From assembly GCA_965219245.1 (NCBI GenBank), contig OZ244722.1:3938947-4002946 (forward strand): a stretch of 64,000 bases of DNA, given 5' to 3'. This stretch comes from Dehalococcoidia bacterium (lineage in GTDB: Bacteria; Chloroflexota; Dehalococcoidia; Lucifugimonadales; VXLM01). Below are positions 35,915 through 44,864 of this stretch, piece by piece. The position numbers and the translations under genes were made by a program. Under the pieces are notes generated by a model. The model was not told where the DNA came from. It saw nothing but the letters and a program-made list of their open reading frames with translations, and searched no databases. How positions within the stretch are numbered: position 1 is the stretch's first letter; every line of letters starts with the position of its first letter.

Positions 35915-36720
35915 AGGTGCAGCCTGCGTACATTCGCCCTTCTCGGATACCGCGTCCTTCTGGTCGTCGTCCTCGTCTCGCTCTTCAGCTATGCTGCCCT
36001 CGACCAATCGGTTCTTCGCGCCCTTTATGATTTCGTAACGCGTCTCCAGACAACGCTTTCGAGCTACTTCGACTTCCTCACGAGTTTCTGGGAGCACGGC
36101 GAGGAGTTTTCTATAGTCGCTCAGGCCTACTGGCAGACGCTGCTTCTCCTCATGTGCGCGGTAGTGCTGGGATCGTGCGTTGGACTGGCTCTCGGTCTGG
36201 TGGGCGGTCTCTGGCCGGGGTCGAAGGTCAGCGGCATCGCTTCGGCCCTCAGCTTCGTGGGGGTGCTTACGCCGAGCTTACGAACGTCGTCAATGGCGCG
36301 GTCCGATACACCAAGAACCAGCCGTATATTGAAGGCACCGTTGCCCTCGGATCATCGACACCGCAGCTCTTTCGCAAGCACCTCTTGCCCGCCATCATGC
36401 CGCAGCTTCTACCCGCCATTGCCCTAGAAATCAGCGCGGTAATGCTCATGCTGGGCGAATTGGGTTTCCTGGGCTTGCTGCTGGGTGAGCGCTACATCGA
36501 GATATCGATCCAGATGCAGCGGGCGTCGGTGAGGATGCCCGCGACGCCGGAGTGGGCGGCTCTGCTCTCCGGGGCGCGCTTGGCGATATTCCAGTGGCCG
36601 TGGCTGTCGCTGGGGCCCGCGCTCGCGTTCCTATTTGCTATACTTGGCTTCAATTTGCTGGCGACCGGGCTGCGTACTTGGTTCGACCCCTATCGAGCGC
36701 GGCTATTCGGCGGAAGATAA
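35915..36720 (+). pseudogene. ABC transporter permease (DppB/C-like), no canonical start, frameshifted near 36270
   Basis: TM-rich N-terminal part (LLGYRVLLVVVLVSLF...GLALGLVGGLWPGSKV) in one frame. The C-terminal part (EGTVALGSSTPQLFRKHLLPAI...NLLATGLRTWFDPY) is in another. Confidence 0.6.
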
Positions 36721-36735
36721 TCGGAGGACGCCGAA

Positions 36736-38094
36736 ATGAGCGCTGAGACACCCGTGGAGATCGGCGAAGACCGACAGCTCTTCGTCGACGACTCTTGGAT
36801 CGCCGATTCCACGGGCGTCGAGCGCGTCCTCCACTCCCCGACCCGACAGAGCGTGGCTCTGGAACCGGAACATCCATGGGAGGTTGGCGGGCTTTCCTAT
36901 CTCATCGCCTTTCCCGATCAGGGCAAGTTTCGAGGGTGGTACCGCGCCGACCCCCAGCTGCAGGACACCGACTACAACTCGATCACGTGCTACGCCGAGA
37001 GCGAAGACGGTATTAGCTGGACGAAACCCACTCTCGGTCTCATCGAGTTCAACGGCTCGAAGGACAACAACATCGTATGGATGGAGCCGGGCATCAACCT
37101 GGCGCCGTTCAAGGACGCGAATCCCGACGCAAAGCCGGAGGAGCAGTACAAGGCATTCATCCGCGTCAAGAGGGTAATGCTGGCGCTCTCCTCTCCCGAC
37201 GGGCTTCGGTGGCAGATGATGCGAGAGGAACCGATCCTGACGGAATACCCCTTTGATACGCTCAATATTCCGTTTTGGGACACGTGGCGAAGGGAATATG
37301 TGGGGTACTTCCGCGGTGTTGCGGGTCAAGGCACGAGCGACTTCTTCACGGGCGTTCGCTGGATTCGCCGCGGCACGTCGACGGACTTCCTGAACTGGAC
37401 GCCGCTCGAGAACATCGACTGCGGTGACACTCCCTGGGAGCACTTCTACACGAACTCGTGCATCCAGTACCACCGAGCGCCGGGGACGTATCTCATGTTC
37501 CCGTCGCGGTTCGTCCACGACCGGTCGCCCGACCCGGACTGGACCTACGACACGGGCGTGAGCGACATCGTCCTTATGTCCAGCCGAGACGGGTTCAACT
37601 TCGACCGGAGCTTCATGGAGGCGTTCATCCGTCCGGGGCCGGACTTCAACAACTGGCACGACCGGGGCATCTACTTCGAGGTGGGCATCCTGCACACGTC
37701 GGATAAAGAGATGTCGATGTACGGTATGGAGAATGCCCACCTGCCGACGCAGCGCATCCGCCGCTATACACTCAGGACGGACGGTTTCGTGTCGGTGAAG
37801 TCAGGCTTTCGGGGCGGCGAGTTTACGACGCGGCCACTCACCTTCAGCGGAAGCGCGCTCGAACTGAACTACTCGACCTCCGCGGTTGGCTCGATCAAGG
37901 TCGAGATCCAGGATGCGGACGGGCACGCCATTCCCGGCTTTGGTCTCGACACCTTTCCCGAGAAGTTCGGCGACGAGATCGGCGGCAAAGTGTCGTGGAA
38001 CCGAGGCGGAGACGTGAGCGAGCTTGCCGGAACGCCGGTCCGTCTACGGTTCGTCCTCAAGGACGCGGACATCTTCGCCTTCAAGTTCGGATGA
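36736..38094 (+). CDS. GH32/GH43-like beta-propeller protein with C-terminal beta-sandwich (uncharacterised family), paralog 1
   Basis: RQLFVDD, YAESEDGISW, NIVW and the C-terminal TLRTDGFVS...LRFVLKDADIFAFKF pattern. About 50-65% identical by eye to 39026-40474. Confidence 0.6.
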   Translation: MSAETPVEIGEDRQLFVDDSWIADSTGVERVLHSPTRQSVALEPEHPWEVGGLSYLIAFPDQGKFRGWYRADPQLQDTDYNSITCYAESEDGISWTKPTLGLIEFNGSKDNNIVWMEPGINLAPFKDANPDAKPEEQYKAFIRVKRVMLALSSPDGLRWQMMREEPILTEYPFDTLNIPFWDTWRREYVGYFRGVAGQGTSDFFTGVRWIRRGTSTDFLNWTPLENIDCGDTPWEHFYTNSCIQYHRAPGTYLMFPSRFVHDRSPDPDWTYDTGVSDIVLMSSRDGFNFDRSFMEAFIRPGPDFNNWHDRGIYFEVGILHTSDKEMSMYGMENAHLPTQRIRRYTLRTDGFVSVKSGFRGGEFTTRPLTFSGSALELNYSTSAVGSIKVEIQDADGHAIPGFGLDTFPEKFGDEIGGKVSWNRGGDVSELAGTPVRLRFVLKDADIFAFKFG

Positions 38095-38128
38095 AGGCTT
38101 CGCATAGAACTGGGCGAAAGCCAGATGC

Positions 38129-38157
38129 TTGCAAAACGCTTGCATTGCTGTCATAAT
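38129..38157 (+). promoter_or_regulatory. sigma70-like promoter of vapBC: TTGCAA, 17-nt spacer, CATAAT, with a GCTTGCA direct repeat
   Basis: Read directly. GCTTGCA occurs twice within the spacer region and could be an antitoxin operator. Confidence 0.4.
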
Positions 38158-38177
38158 GCTTTCACAGGAGAAATGAC

Positions 38178-38414
38178 ATGGCAGTACAGATCACCATAAG
38201 GGGCGTCCCCGAGTCAGTCCGTGACGAGCTTGCGTCGCGCGCTGCGCTCCAGCGCCAGTCCATGCAAGAGTTTCTGCGCGGCGAGTTGGAGCGTATCGCA
38301 TCGCGCCCGTCGGTTGACGAATGGGTGAGAGAAGTACGCGAACGCAAGGCGGCTTATAGGACTAACGTCCCAACTTCCGCCATTCTGGCCGCTCGCGACG
38401 CTGACAGGACTTGA
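38178..38414 (+). CDS. ribbon-helix-helix antitoxin (FitA/VapB-like)
   Basis: MAVQITIRGVPESVRDELASRAALQRQSMQEFL is an Arc/RHH N-terminus. Overlaps the PIN gene by 4 nt. Confidence 0.75.
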   Translation: MAVQITIRGVPESVRDELASRAALQRQSMQEFLRGELERIASRPSVDEWVREVRERKAAYRTNVPTSAILAARDADRT

Positions 38415-38827
38415 CCAAGGTCGTCGATGCGTCCGTCTTGGTCGCGGCCCTCGTAGATTTGGGCCCCGAAGGGGCGTGGTCGGAACAGACGATAGCCGAG
38501 GGATTATTGATCGCACCCGAACTGGTCTTGGTCGAGGCCAGCAATGTCCTCCGTCGCCTGGAACGATCTCGCGAGATATCCGAAATCGAGGCCGCCTTGG
38601 CCAACGCATCCTTGCTTCTCCTCGAACTCGAACTGTTCCCGTTCGCCCCGTTTGCGGATCGAGTATGGGAATTACGCGAGAACCTCACTTGCTATGACGC
38701 GTGGTACGTGGCGATCGCCGAGTCGTTCGGGTGCCAGCTTGTGACACTCGATCGGAAGCTCAGCCGGGCGAGCGGTCCAACTTGCGAGATGGTTATCCCG
38801 CCTGAGGTGGATCGCGCCGCAAGGTAA
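38411..38827 (+). CDS. vapC: PIN-domain toxin (VapC family)
   Basis: VVDASVLV (first acidic residue), APELVLVEASNVL, CYDAWYVAIAE, LVTLDRKL. TTG start overlaps the antitoxin stop. Confidence 0.8.
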   Translation: MTKVVDASVLVAALVDLGPEGAWSEQTIAEGLLIAPELVLVEASNVLRRLERSREISEIEAALANASLLLLELELFPFAPFADRVWELRENLTCYDAWYVAIAESFGCQLVTLDRKLSRASGPTCEMVIPPEVDRAAR

Positions 38828-39025
38828 CGAAAGTAGTTCCAACCACTTTTGAACACTAAAATGACTGCCTTGGGTCAGGGTTGCATGAGGAATTTCCTCG
38901 CTACGGTAGACTTATGGGCGGTAGGTCGCTAGGCTATAGTTCGGCTCTCTTGCCGACTAGCGGACGCTCATCGGGCGGTGTTTGACCATCGCTTCCGCGA
39001 GTCAAGAGCTAGATTGCGCCGAGCT

Positions 39026-40474
39026 ATGCAATTTGGACGAAACACAAGCCCAAATGGCCAATCGCACTTCGCCGCAGGACTAAACAACGTGCAGAACCCC
39101 ACCGACATCGGCACCAATCGACAGCTCTTCCTCGACGACCAGATCATCGACACCATGGGTGGCGCGAAACGGATCATGCACTCGCCCACTCGACGAGAAA
39201 CTGTCCTCGTGGGGGACAAGCCGTGGGACGAGGCCAGCATCTCGTACATGTCGATCATCCGCGACGGAGACTTGTATCGCGGCTACTACCGATGCTATCA
39301 GCAAGGCCCTGACCGGGCGAAGAGCCCACGCTACACCGCCTATGCGGAGAGTACGGACGGCATCCACTGGGAGAAGCCGAGCCTTGGGGTGTACGAATTC
39401 AACGGATCTAGGGACAACAACCTCATCTGGTTGGGTCCGGGAGCGAACTTCTGCGCATTCATCGACAACAACCCCGCCGAGCCTCCCGAACGCCGGTACA
39501 AAGCCGTCGTGCGGACGGGACACGCCGAATTGGAGCCACTAGGCCTGCCCGGCCCCTGCGTCTTCGCGCTGTCGTCAGCGGACGGCATCAGCTGGGGCCT
39601 GATGCAAGATGCGCCAATTCTGACTGAAAGCCCATTCGACTCATTCAACATCGCATTCTGGGACGAACGGATCGGTCAATACGTGATCTTCACAAGAGGC
39701 GTCGGTGGGTCCGACGGCCCGTTCAAGGGTGGCGTTCGCTGGATCAGACGCGCTACCTCCGACGACTTCCTCAACTGGAGCGGCCTCGAGCTGATCGACA
39801 CCGGCGAAGTGCCGTCCGAGCACCTGTACACCAACGCCTGCGTCCCGTACGACCGGTCGCCGGGCACCTACCTGATGTTCCCTTCCCGTCTCGTCCTCGA
39901 ACACACGCCCGACCCCGATTGGCCGAACGGACCAGGGGTCAATGACATCGTCTTTATGAGCAGCCAGGACGGAATCACATGGGACCGCACATTCAAGGAG
40001 GCGTTCATCCGTCCGGGTCTCGATAAGGAAAACTGGCACGAGCGGGGGATATACTTCGAGCGGGGCATATTCCAGACCTCGGAGGACACCCTGAGCATGT
40101 ACTGCTCCGACCACTGGCGCTACCCCACCACCCGCATATCGCGGTACACTCTGCGAACGGACGGTTTCGTCTCGGTAAACGCCCGCTATCGTGGTGGGGA
40201 GTTCTTCACGAAGCCGCTAGTATTCGAGGGGAGCGAACTGGAGATCAACTACTCGACATCGGCAGTGGGTTCGGTGCAGGTCGAAATTCAGGACGATCAG
40301 GGCCGGCCACAACAGGGATTTGCTCTAGCCGACTCTCCGGAGCAGTACGGCGACAAGATCGACCACCGAGTTTCATGGTCGGGCGGACCCGACGTTAGCT
40401 CGTTCGCAGGAAGGCCGGCGCGTCTGAGGTTCGTCCTGAAAGACGCGGACCTGTACGCATTCAAATTCAACTAG
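39026..40474 (+). CDS. GH32/GH43-like beta-propeller protein, paralog 2
   Basis: Same block structure as 36736-38094 (RQLFLDD, YAESTDGIHW, TLRTDGFVS, LRFVLKDADLYAFKF). Confidence 0.6.
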   Translation: MQFGRNTSPNGQSHFAAGLNNVQNPTDIGTNRQLFLDDQIIDTMGGAKRIMHSPTRRETVLVGDKPWDEASISYMSIIRDGDLYRGYYRCYQQGPDRAKSPRYTAYAESTDGIHWEKPSLGVYEFNGSRDNNLIWLGPGANFCAFIDNNPAEPPERRYKAVVRTGHAELEPLGLPGPCVFALSSADGISWGLMQDAPILTESPFDSFNIAFWDERIGQYVIFTRGVGGSDGPFKGGVRWIRRATSDDFLNWSGLELIDTGEVPSEHLYTNACVPYDRSPGTYLMFPSRLVLEHTPDPDWPNGPGVNDIVFMSSQDGITWDRTFKEAFIRPGLDKENWHERGIYFERGIFQTSEDTLSMYCSDHWRYPTTRISRYTLRTDGFVSVNARYRGGEFFTKPLVFEGSELEINYSTSAVGSVQVEIQDDQGRPQQGFALADSPEQYGDKIDHRVSWSGGPDVSSFAGRPARLRFVLKDADLYAFKFN

Positions 40475-40493
40475 GCTTTCAGAGGTATTCATT

Positions 40494-41096
40494 TTGGGAG
40501 CAGAACGAGTTGCAGAAAACAAAACATTGGTCTGGTCGGGAGAGCATTGGATCGCCTTCCTGAAGAACCATGACAATCAGGCGGACGTTGGGCGAGTCAG
40601 CCTCTATCGTGTGACATACAGCGCCGCCGGTGAGGGTCACGTAGCGTTCGTTGATATCCCTGATGAGACTTTCGCCGGGATATACACGGACAGCATCAAG
40701 TTGGCGGAATTCATAACCAAGACTGTCGCGCGTGGAACGAGCAACAACAACTTCTACAGGCACGACCTGCCGATCGTGGAGGCTGAGATCACGCGCGGAG
40801 GTGACGTGCGGACCACACCGTCGTGGACCATCGATGCGGAAGGGAGCGCCGTTGAGGCGGTTTGGAGCAGCATCCATCCGCCGGTGATCCTCGAAGGACC
40901 GGGGCCTGGAAACGACGGCACGGCCGTAACCCACTCCCTGCTGTTCTTTGCCAACGAGGCGGCGATATCCCTTAACGGCAAGTCCATCGGCGGCGTGGTA
41001 TACGTGCGCGACGAGTGGATTCGCGCGATAGGCAGGCAGGGGACCTCGGCGGTGTTCGCTATAGCCGAGACCACGACGACAACGACGAACGACTAA
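40494..41096 (+). CDS. hypothetical protein
   Basis: 200-aa ORF with coding-like composition, a TTG start and no recognised motif. Confidence 0.4.
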   Translation: MGAERVAENKTLVWSGEHWIAFLKNHDNQADVGRVSLYRVTYSAAGEGHVAFVDIPDETFAGIYTDSIKLAEFITKTVARGTSNNNFYRHDLPIVEAEITRGGDVRTTPSWTIDAEGSAVEAVWSSIHPPVILEGPGPGNDGTAVTHSLLFFANEAAISLNGKSIGGVVYVRDEWIRAIGRQGTSAVFAIAETTTTTTND

Positions 41097-41110
41097 TCGG
41101 AGGAAGACGC

Positions 41111-41908
41111 ATGGATGTTAGTGACCAGATTGCCATCGTGACGGGTGGGGGAAGGGGGATCGGACGCGCCATCACGCACGTGCTGGCGCACCATGGAGCG
41201 GACGTTGTGATCGCTGACATAAACGAGGGCGATGCCCAGGCCGTTTGCGATGAGATCAACGAACATGGAGGTCGTTCTCTCGCGGTCTCGGTAGACGTGA
41301 CCGACAACGAATCGGTCAAAGGCTTGGCCACGCAAACCCTCGATGCGTTCGGGCGCATAGACATCGTCGTCAACAACGCGGGAACCATCGGCGCGCCCGG
41401 CTGGGAGGGACGCGACCGCCCCAACGATGACGACTGGAACTACATACATGACGTAAACGTCCACGGCATAGCGAGAGTCACCGACGCCGTGGTCGAGCAC
41501 ATGAAGTCACGCAAGTACGGCAAGATCGTGAACATCGCCTCGGTGGCGGGACGCACCGGCACGCGGACGAACTTCGCGTATGGCGCGTCGAAGGCGGCGG
41601 CGATCAACCTGACGCGGTGCTACGCCTCGGATTTGGCGCCGTACAGCATCAACGTGAACTGTGTGTGCCCGGGCCTCGTTTGGACGAAGATGTGGGAGCG
41701 TATCGCCAGTCGACGGATCGGGTTGAGCATTGACGACGAGATGACCACGCGCGAGTCGTTCGACAGGTTCGTGGAGTCCAACACCCCCCTCGGCAGGGAG
41801 CAGACTCCCGAGGAGATCGCGAATGCCGTCGCGTTCCTCGCGTCCGAGGCCGCGAGTGGCATAACAGGACAGGCCCTGAATGTGGACGGCGGGTATGCGA
41901 TGAACTGA
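41111..41908 (+). CDS. SDR-family oxidoreductase
   Basis: TGGGRGIGRA, NNAG, YGASKAA. GGAGGA precedes ATG 41111. Confidence 0.85.
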   Translation: MDVSDQIAIVTGGGRGIGRAITHVLAHHGADVVIADINEGDAQAVCDEINEHGGRSLAVSVDVTDNESVKGLATQTLDAFGRIDIVVNNAGTIGAPGWEGRDRPNDDDWNYIHDVNVHGIARVTDAVVEHMKSRKYGKIVNIASVAGRTGTRTNFAYGASKAAAINLTRCYASDLAPYSINVNCVCPGLVWTKMWERIASRRIGLSIDDEMTTRESFDRFVESNTPLGREQTPEEIANAVAFLASEAASGITGQALNVDGGYAMN

Positions 41909-42067
41909 GGTTTCTGCGCGAAGCGGCTTAGGGGTTTGTCTCCGCCTTGCGGACGGAGAGCAAAGGGCCGTATCATCGAAGGTAACCGGGGTGCGGCGCA
42001 GCAAGATTCATGGTGGCCGGGCAGGTTCCAAACGTTCCCGATCGGCGTTCCCATAGCCGAGGAGCTG

Positions 42068-42616
42068 ATGAGCACATCGACGAGATCGGTTACGGCCGAC
42101 GATCTGTTGCGAATGCCCGACGATGGCAGGCGGTACGAGCTTGTCGAAGGAGAATTGATCGGTATGGCGCCTGCCGGAGGACGTCACGGGCACGTCGCCA
42201 TGCAGATAGGTTGGCGTCTTGCGGAGTACGTGGAAAGGAACGGACTCGGTACGGCGTTCGCCGCCGAGACCGGATTTCTTCTAACACGCAGTCCCGATAC
42301 CGTTCGAGCGCCTGACGCCGCCTTTATCGCGGCTGAACGAATTTCCCCCGGCGGGATAGCCGCCAGCTTCGTCGACATAGTTCCCGATCTCGTCGTCGAA
42401 GTGGCCTCTCCCGGTGACTCTACTCCCGAACTCCTGTCGAAGACCGAAGAGTGGCTTCGCTACGGCGTTCGAATGGTCTGGGTCGCTAACCCGAACACCC
42501 GCACGATAGCCGTCTATCAGTCCCCTGTTGATGTTCGCATCCTCAATGTCGGAGATGAAATCGAGGGCGAGCCCGTGCTTCCCGGCTTCCGGTGTCCCGT
42601 CGACGACATCTTCTAA
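42068..42616 (+). CDS. Uma2-family (DUF820) PD-(D/E)xK endonuclease-like protein
   Basis: YELVEGELI..., PDAAF, PDLVVEV and VWVANP are the standard Uma2 blocks. GAGGAG precedes the ATG. Confidence 0.75.
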   Translation: MSTSTRSVTADDLLRMPDDGRRYELVEGELIGMAPAGGRHGHVAMQIGWRLAEYVERNGLGTAFAAETGFLLTRSPDTVRAPDAAFIAAERISPGGIAASFVDIVPDLVVEVASPGDSTPELLSKTEEWLRYGVRMVWVANPNTRTIAVYQSPVDVRILNVGDEIEGEPVLPGFRCPVDDIF

Positions 42617-42779
42617 AGGCTAACCAAGACCTATCGACTCCCTCGGACTCGCCCTTCAAGAATTTCCCAGCAGGGATGGGATTGACAGGCTTTCATTCCG
42701 AGCAGGGACCGATCTTCAACACGCTCCCCTACTTATCACATAGGGAAAACAACGACCCACGAGAGGAACCCACACACTA

Positions 42780-43748
42780 ATGAAAGCAATTCGAATGACG
42801 CGAACCGGCGGACCTGAGGTCCTCGAATACGTGGATGTGCCCGACCCTGTTCCTGGTTCCGGAGAAGTGCTCATCGATGTCGAGCGCATCGGTATCAACT
42901 TCATAGACACCTACGTGCGGCGCGGGGCCTATCCACGACCTCTGCCGTTGATCCCCGGGTACGAGGTGGCCGGAACTGTCGCTGAGACCGGGGCTGATGT
43001 CACAGATCTTGCCGTCGGAGACCGCGTCGCTATGGCGGGGCTGTCGATTGGATCGTATGCCGAGAAGATGGTCATTCCGGAATGGCAGGCCGTCAGGGTG
43101 CCGGACGGAGTGAGCCTCGAGGACGCGGCAGCAGTCATGGAGCAAGGACTGACTGCCCACTATCTATGCTATTCCACCTACCCGTTGGGTGCGGAGGACA
43201 CCGCCTTGATACATGCCGGAGCGGGCGGAGTTGGCCGCCTGCTGATTCAGATGGCAAAGCGGCTCGGGGCGGCCGTCATCACTACCGTCTCAACTGATGA
43301 GAAGGCGGAGATGGCGCGGTCCGTCGGGGCCGATCACGTCGTGCTGTACACCGAACAAGACTTCCGCGAAGAGGCGATGAGGATAACGGACGGGCGAGGA
43401 GTCGATGTCGTATTCGACTCAGTCGGACAGGCGACGGCCGACGACAGCCTTGCCAGTCTCAGACCGCGTGGGATGATGGTGCTGTACGGCGCCGCGAGCG
43501 GGGCTGTGCAGTCGCTGCCGGTCTCCGTCATCAACGCCAAGTCCCTCTTCTTCACGAGGCCGGGACTGAACGACCATGTAGCCACGCGCGAAGAGCTCAT
43601 GTGGCGGGCGGACGACGTGCTAGGCTGGGTGGAGTCGGGCGAGCTGTCGCTGCACATCCACGATACCTACCCGCTTGCGGACGCGGGACGCGCGCAGGAC
43701 GATCTCGAGAATCGTCGGACGATGGGCAAGGTGCTGCTGGCGCCTTAG
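42780..43748 (+). CDS. NADPH:quinone oxidoreductase (MDR/zeta-crystallin family)
   Basis: PGSGEVLIDVERIGINFIDTY, HAGAGGVG, C-terminal GKVLL. Confidence 0.8.
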   Translation: MKAIRMTRTGGPEVLEYVDVPDPVPGSGEVLIDVERIGINFIDTYVRRGAYPRPLPLIPGYEVAGTVAETGADVTDLAVGDRVAMAGLSIGSYAEKMVIPEWQAVRVPDGVSLEDAAAVMEQGLTAHYLCYSTYPLGAEDTALIHAGAGGVGRLLIQMAKRLGAAVITTVSTDEKAEMARSVGADHVVLYTEQDFREEAMRITDGRGVDVVFDSVGQATADDSLASLRPRGMMVLYGAASGAVQSLPVSVINAKSLFFTRPGLNDHVATREELMWRADDVLGWVESGELSLHIHDTYPLADAGRAQDDLENRRTMGKVLLAP

Positions 43749-43754
43749 GAAGAG

Positions 43755-43831
43755 TGGAGGCGACGGGCGGATTCGAACCGCCGAATAGAGGTTTTGCAGA
43801 CCTCCGCCTTAGACCACTTGGCTACGCCGCC
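43755..43831 (-). tRNA. tRNA-Cys (anticodon GCA), CCA encoded
   Basis: Hand fold: acceptor GGCGGCG/CGTCGCC, anticodon arm GAGGT-CTGCAAA-ACCTC, T arm GGCGG-TTCGAAT-CCGCC, discriminator T. Confidence 0.9.
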
Positions 43832-43845
43832 TCATCGTGTAGACA

Positions 43846-43932
43846 TGGTGCCGAGGGAGGGACTCGAACCCTCACAGCCTTGCGGCCACAGCGCCCTCAA
43901 CGCTGCGCGTCTACCAGTTCCGCCACCTCGGC
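43846..43932 (-). tRNA. tRNA-Leu (anticodon GAG), long variable arm, CCA encoded
   Basis: Hand fold: acceptor GCCGAGG/CCTCGGC, anticodon arm CAGCG-TTGAGGG-CGCTG, variable arm GTGGCCGCAAGGCTGT, T arm GAGGG-TTCGAGT-CCCTC. Confidence 0.9.
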
Positions 43933-43979
43933 CGGGGTCCTCAGCCGCACGTGCGATCAGCCGAGGTTGGTCTATTCGT

Positions 43980-44008
43980 ATTATAGCCAAGCGCCGTTGC
44001 GCTGTCCA
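43980..44008 (-). promoter_or_regulatory. sigma70-like promoter for tRNA-Leu/tRNA-Cys: TGGACA, 17-nt spacer, TATAAT
   Basis: The hexamers read on the minus strand (44008-44003 and 43985-43980). Confidence 0.4.
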
Positions 44009-44080
44009 TAACGACGTGCGTGTTCGAGCCTGTATCGGTTGATCGGGTAGTGTTGATTATAGGGGTTGACTCCACCCGGC

Positions 44081-44121
44081 CTCTCTGGATTCCGGCCTCC
44101 ACCGGAATGACGGTGTGGGTG
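44081..44121 (-). repeat. dispersed GTCATTCCGG...GGAATCCAGAGAG repeat, short form
   Basis: The reverse complement reads CACCCACACCGTCATTCCGGTGGAGGCCGGAATCCAGAGAG and shares both ends with 63879-63943. Confidence 0.6.
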
Positions 44122-44160
44122 TTGCCGTTCATTGCATGGTTGCAGTTTCCGTACTTTTAA

Positions 44161-44799
44161 TCACTCTTCGGGAGTGTCGGATGAACGACGAAGTCGCCGG
44201 AAGAACAGCACCAAGAGGCCACCTGAGACGAGAATTCCTATCCCCCATCCTGCTATGAGAAGCCACGTCAACAGGCCTCTGCCTTCACTCGGCAAAACCT
44301 CGAGGGGAACATCCGTCGTCACGTTGCCGAGAGGGCCTGAGACATCGAGGGTGAATGTCCACTGCCCTTCCTGGCCGACGGGGATTCTAACGTCGAAGTG
44401 ACTGAATCCCGGCAGGACGGTCTGAGGCTGGAAAGGCCCCACCGTCGTACCGGCGGGTCCTTCACCTCGGAGGACCAGATCGGAGGAAATGGGCGCGAGA
44501 TGCGCTTCATCGCCACCGTTGGTCGACGCGACGGCTTGGATGAGCACGGTGAAGACCAAAAGGCCGGTCTTCGGCTCGGGCGGCCACACGGTCACGGCGA
44601 TGTCGTAACCGCCCTGCTGTTCACGATGAACGAGCATCCCGCCGTTGGCCGTCGCGCTGGAGACGAAAACGGCAAAGACAACGGCTGCTAGTACAAGACC
44701 TGTTAGATATTGCACCACTTCATGGTAGCCGAAGTAGGCCGACCGTGACAAAAGCACAGAGCATGAGCAAAAACGTAGCTGCATAGTCGGAGTAGGCAT
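44161..44799 (-). CDS. hypothetical membrane-anchored protein (signal peptide + Ig-like region + C-terminal TM)
   Basis: LTGLVLAAVVFAVFVSSATA signal-like segment and C-terminal LLTWLLIAGWGIGILVSGGLLVLFF helix. True start probably internal, for example GTG near 44718. Confidence 0.5.
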   Translation of the reverse strand: MPTPTMQLRFCSCSVLLSRSAYFGYHEVVQYLTGLVLAAVVFAVFVSSATANGGMLVHREQQGGYDIAVTVWPPEPKTGLLVFTVLIQAVASTNGGDEAHLAPISSDLVLRGEGPAGTTVGPFQPQTVLPGFSHFDVRIPVGQEGQWTFTLDVSGPLGNVTTDVPLEVLPSEGRGLLTWLLIAGWGIGILVSGGLLVLFFRRLRRSSDTPEE

Positions 44800-44864
44800 A
44801 GACTGGTAAACAGTCGCGTGATGATCAGGCTACGCCCCAATCAAACAGCGGAGAACCGGAAATC

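Noticed and set aside
33733-36720. Programmed frameshifting or recoding as an explanation for the broken ABC transporter genes.
   Set aside because: There are at least five separate lesions of different kinds: single-base insertions at non-slippery sites, a created TAA, and a missing start. The 5' half of the operon is also absent. Decay, or less likely assembly error, is more parsimonious.
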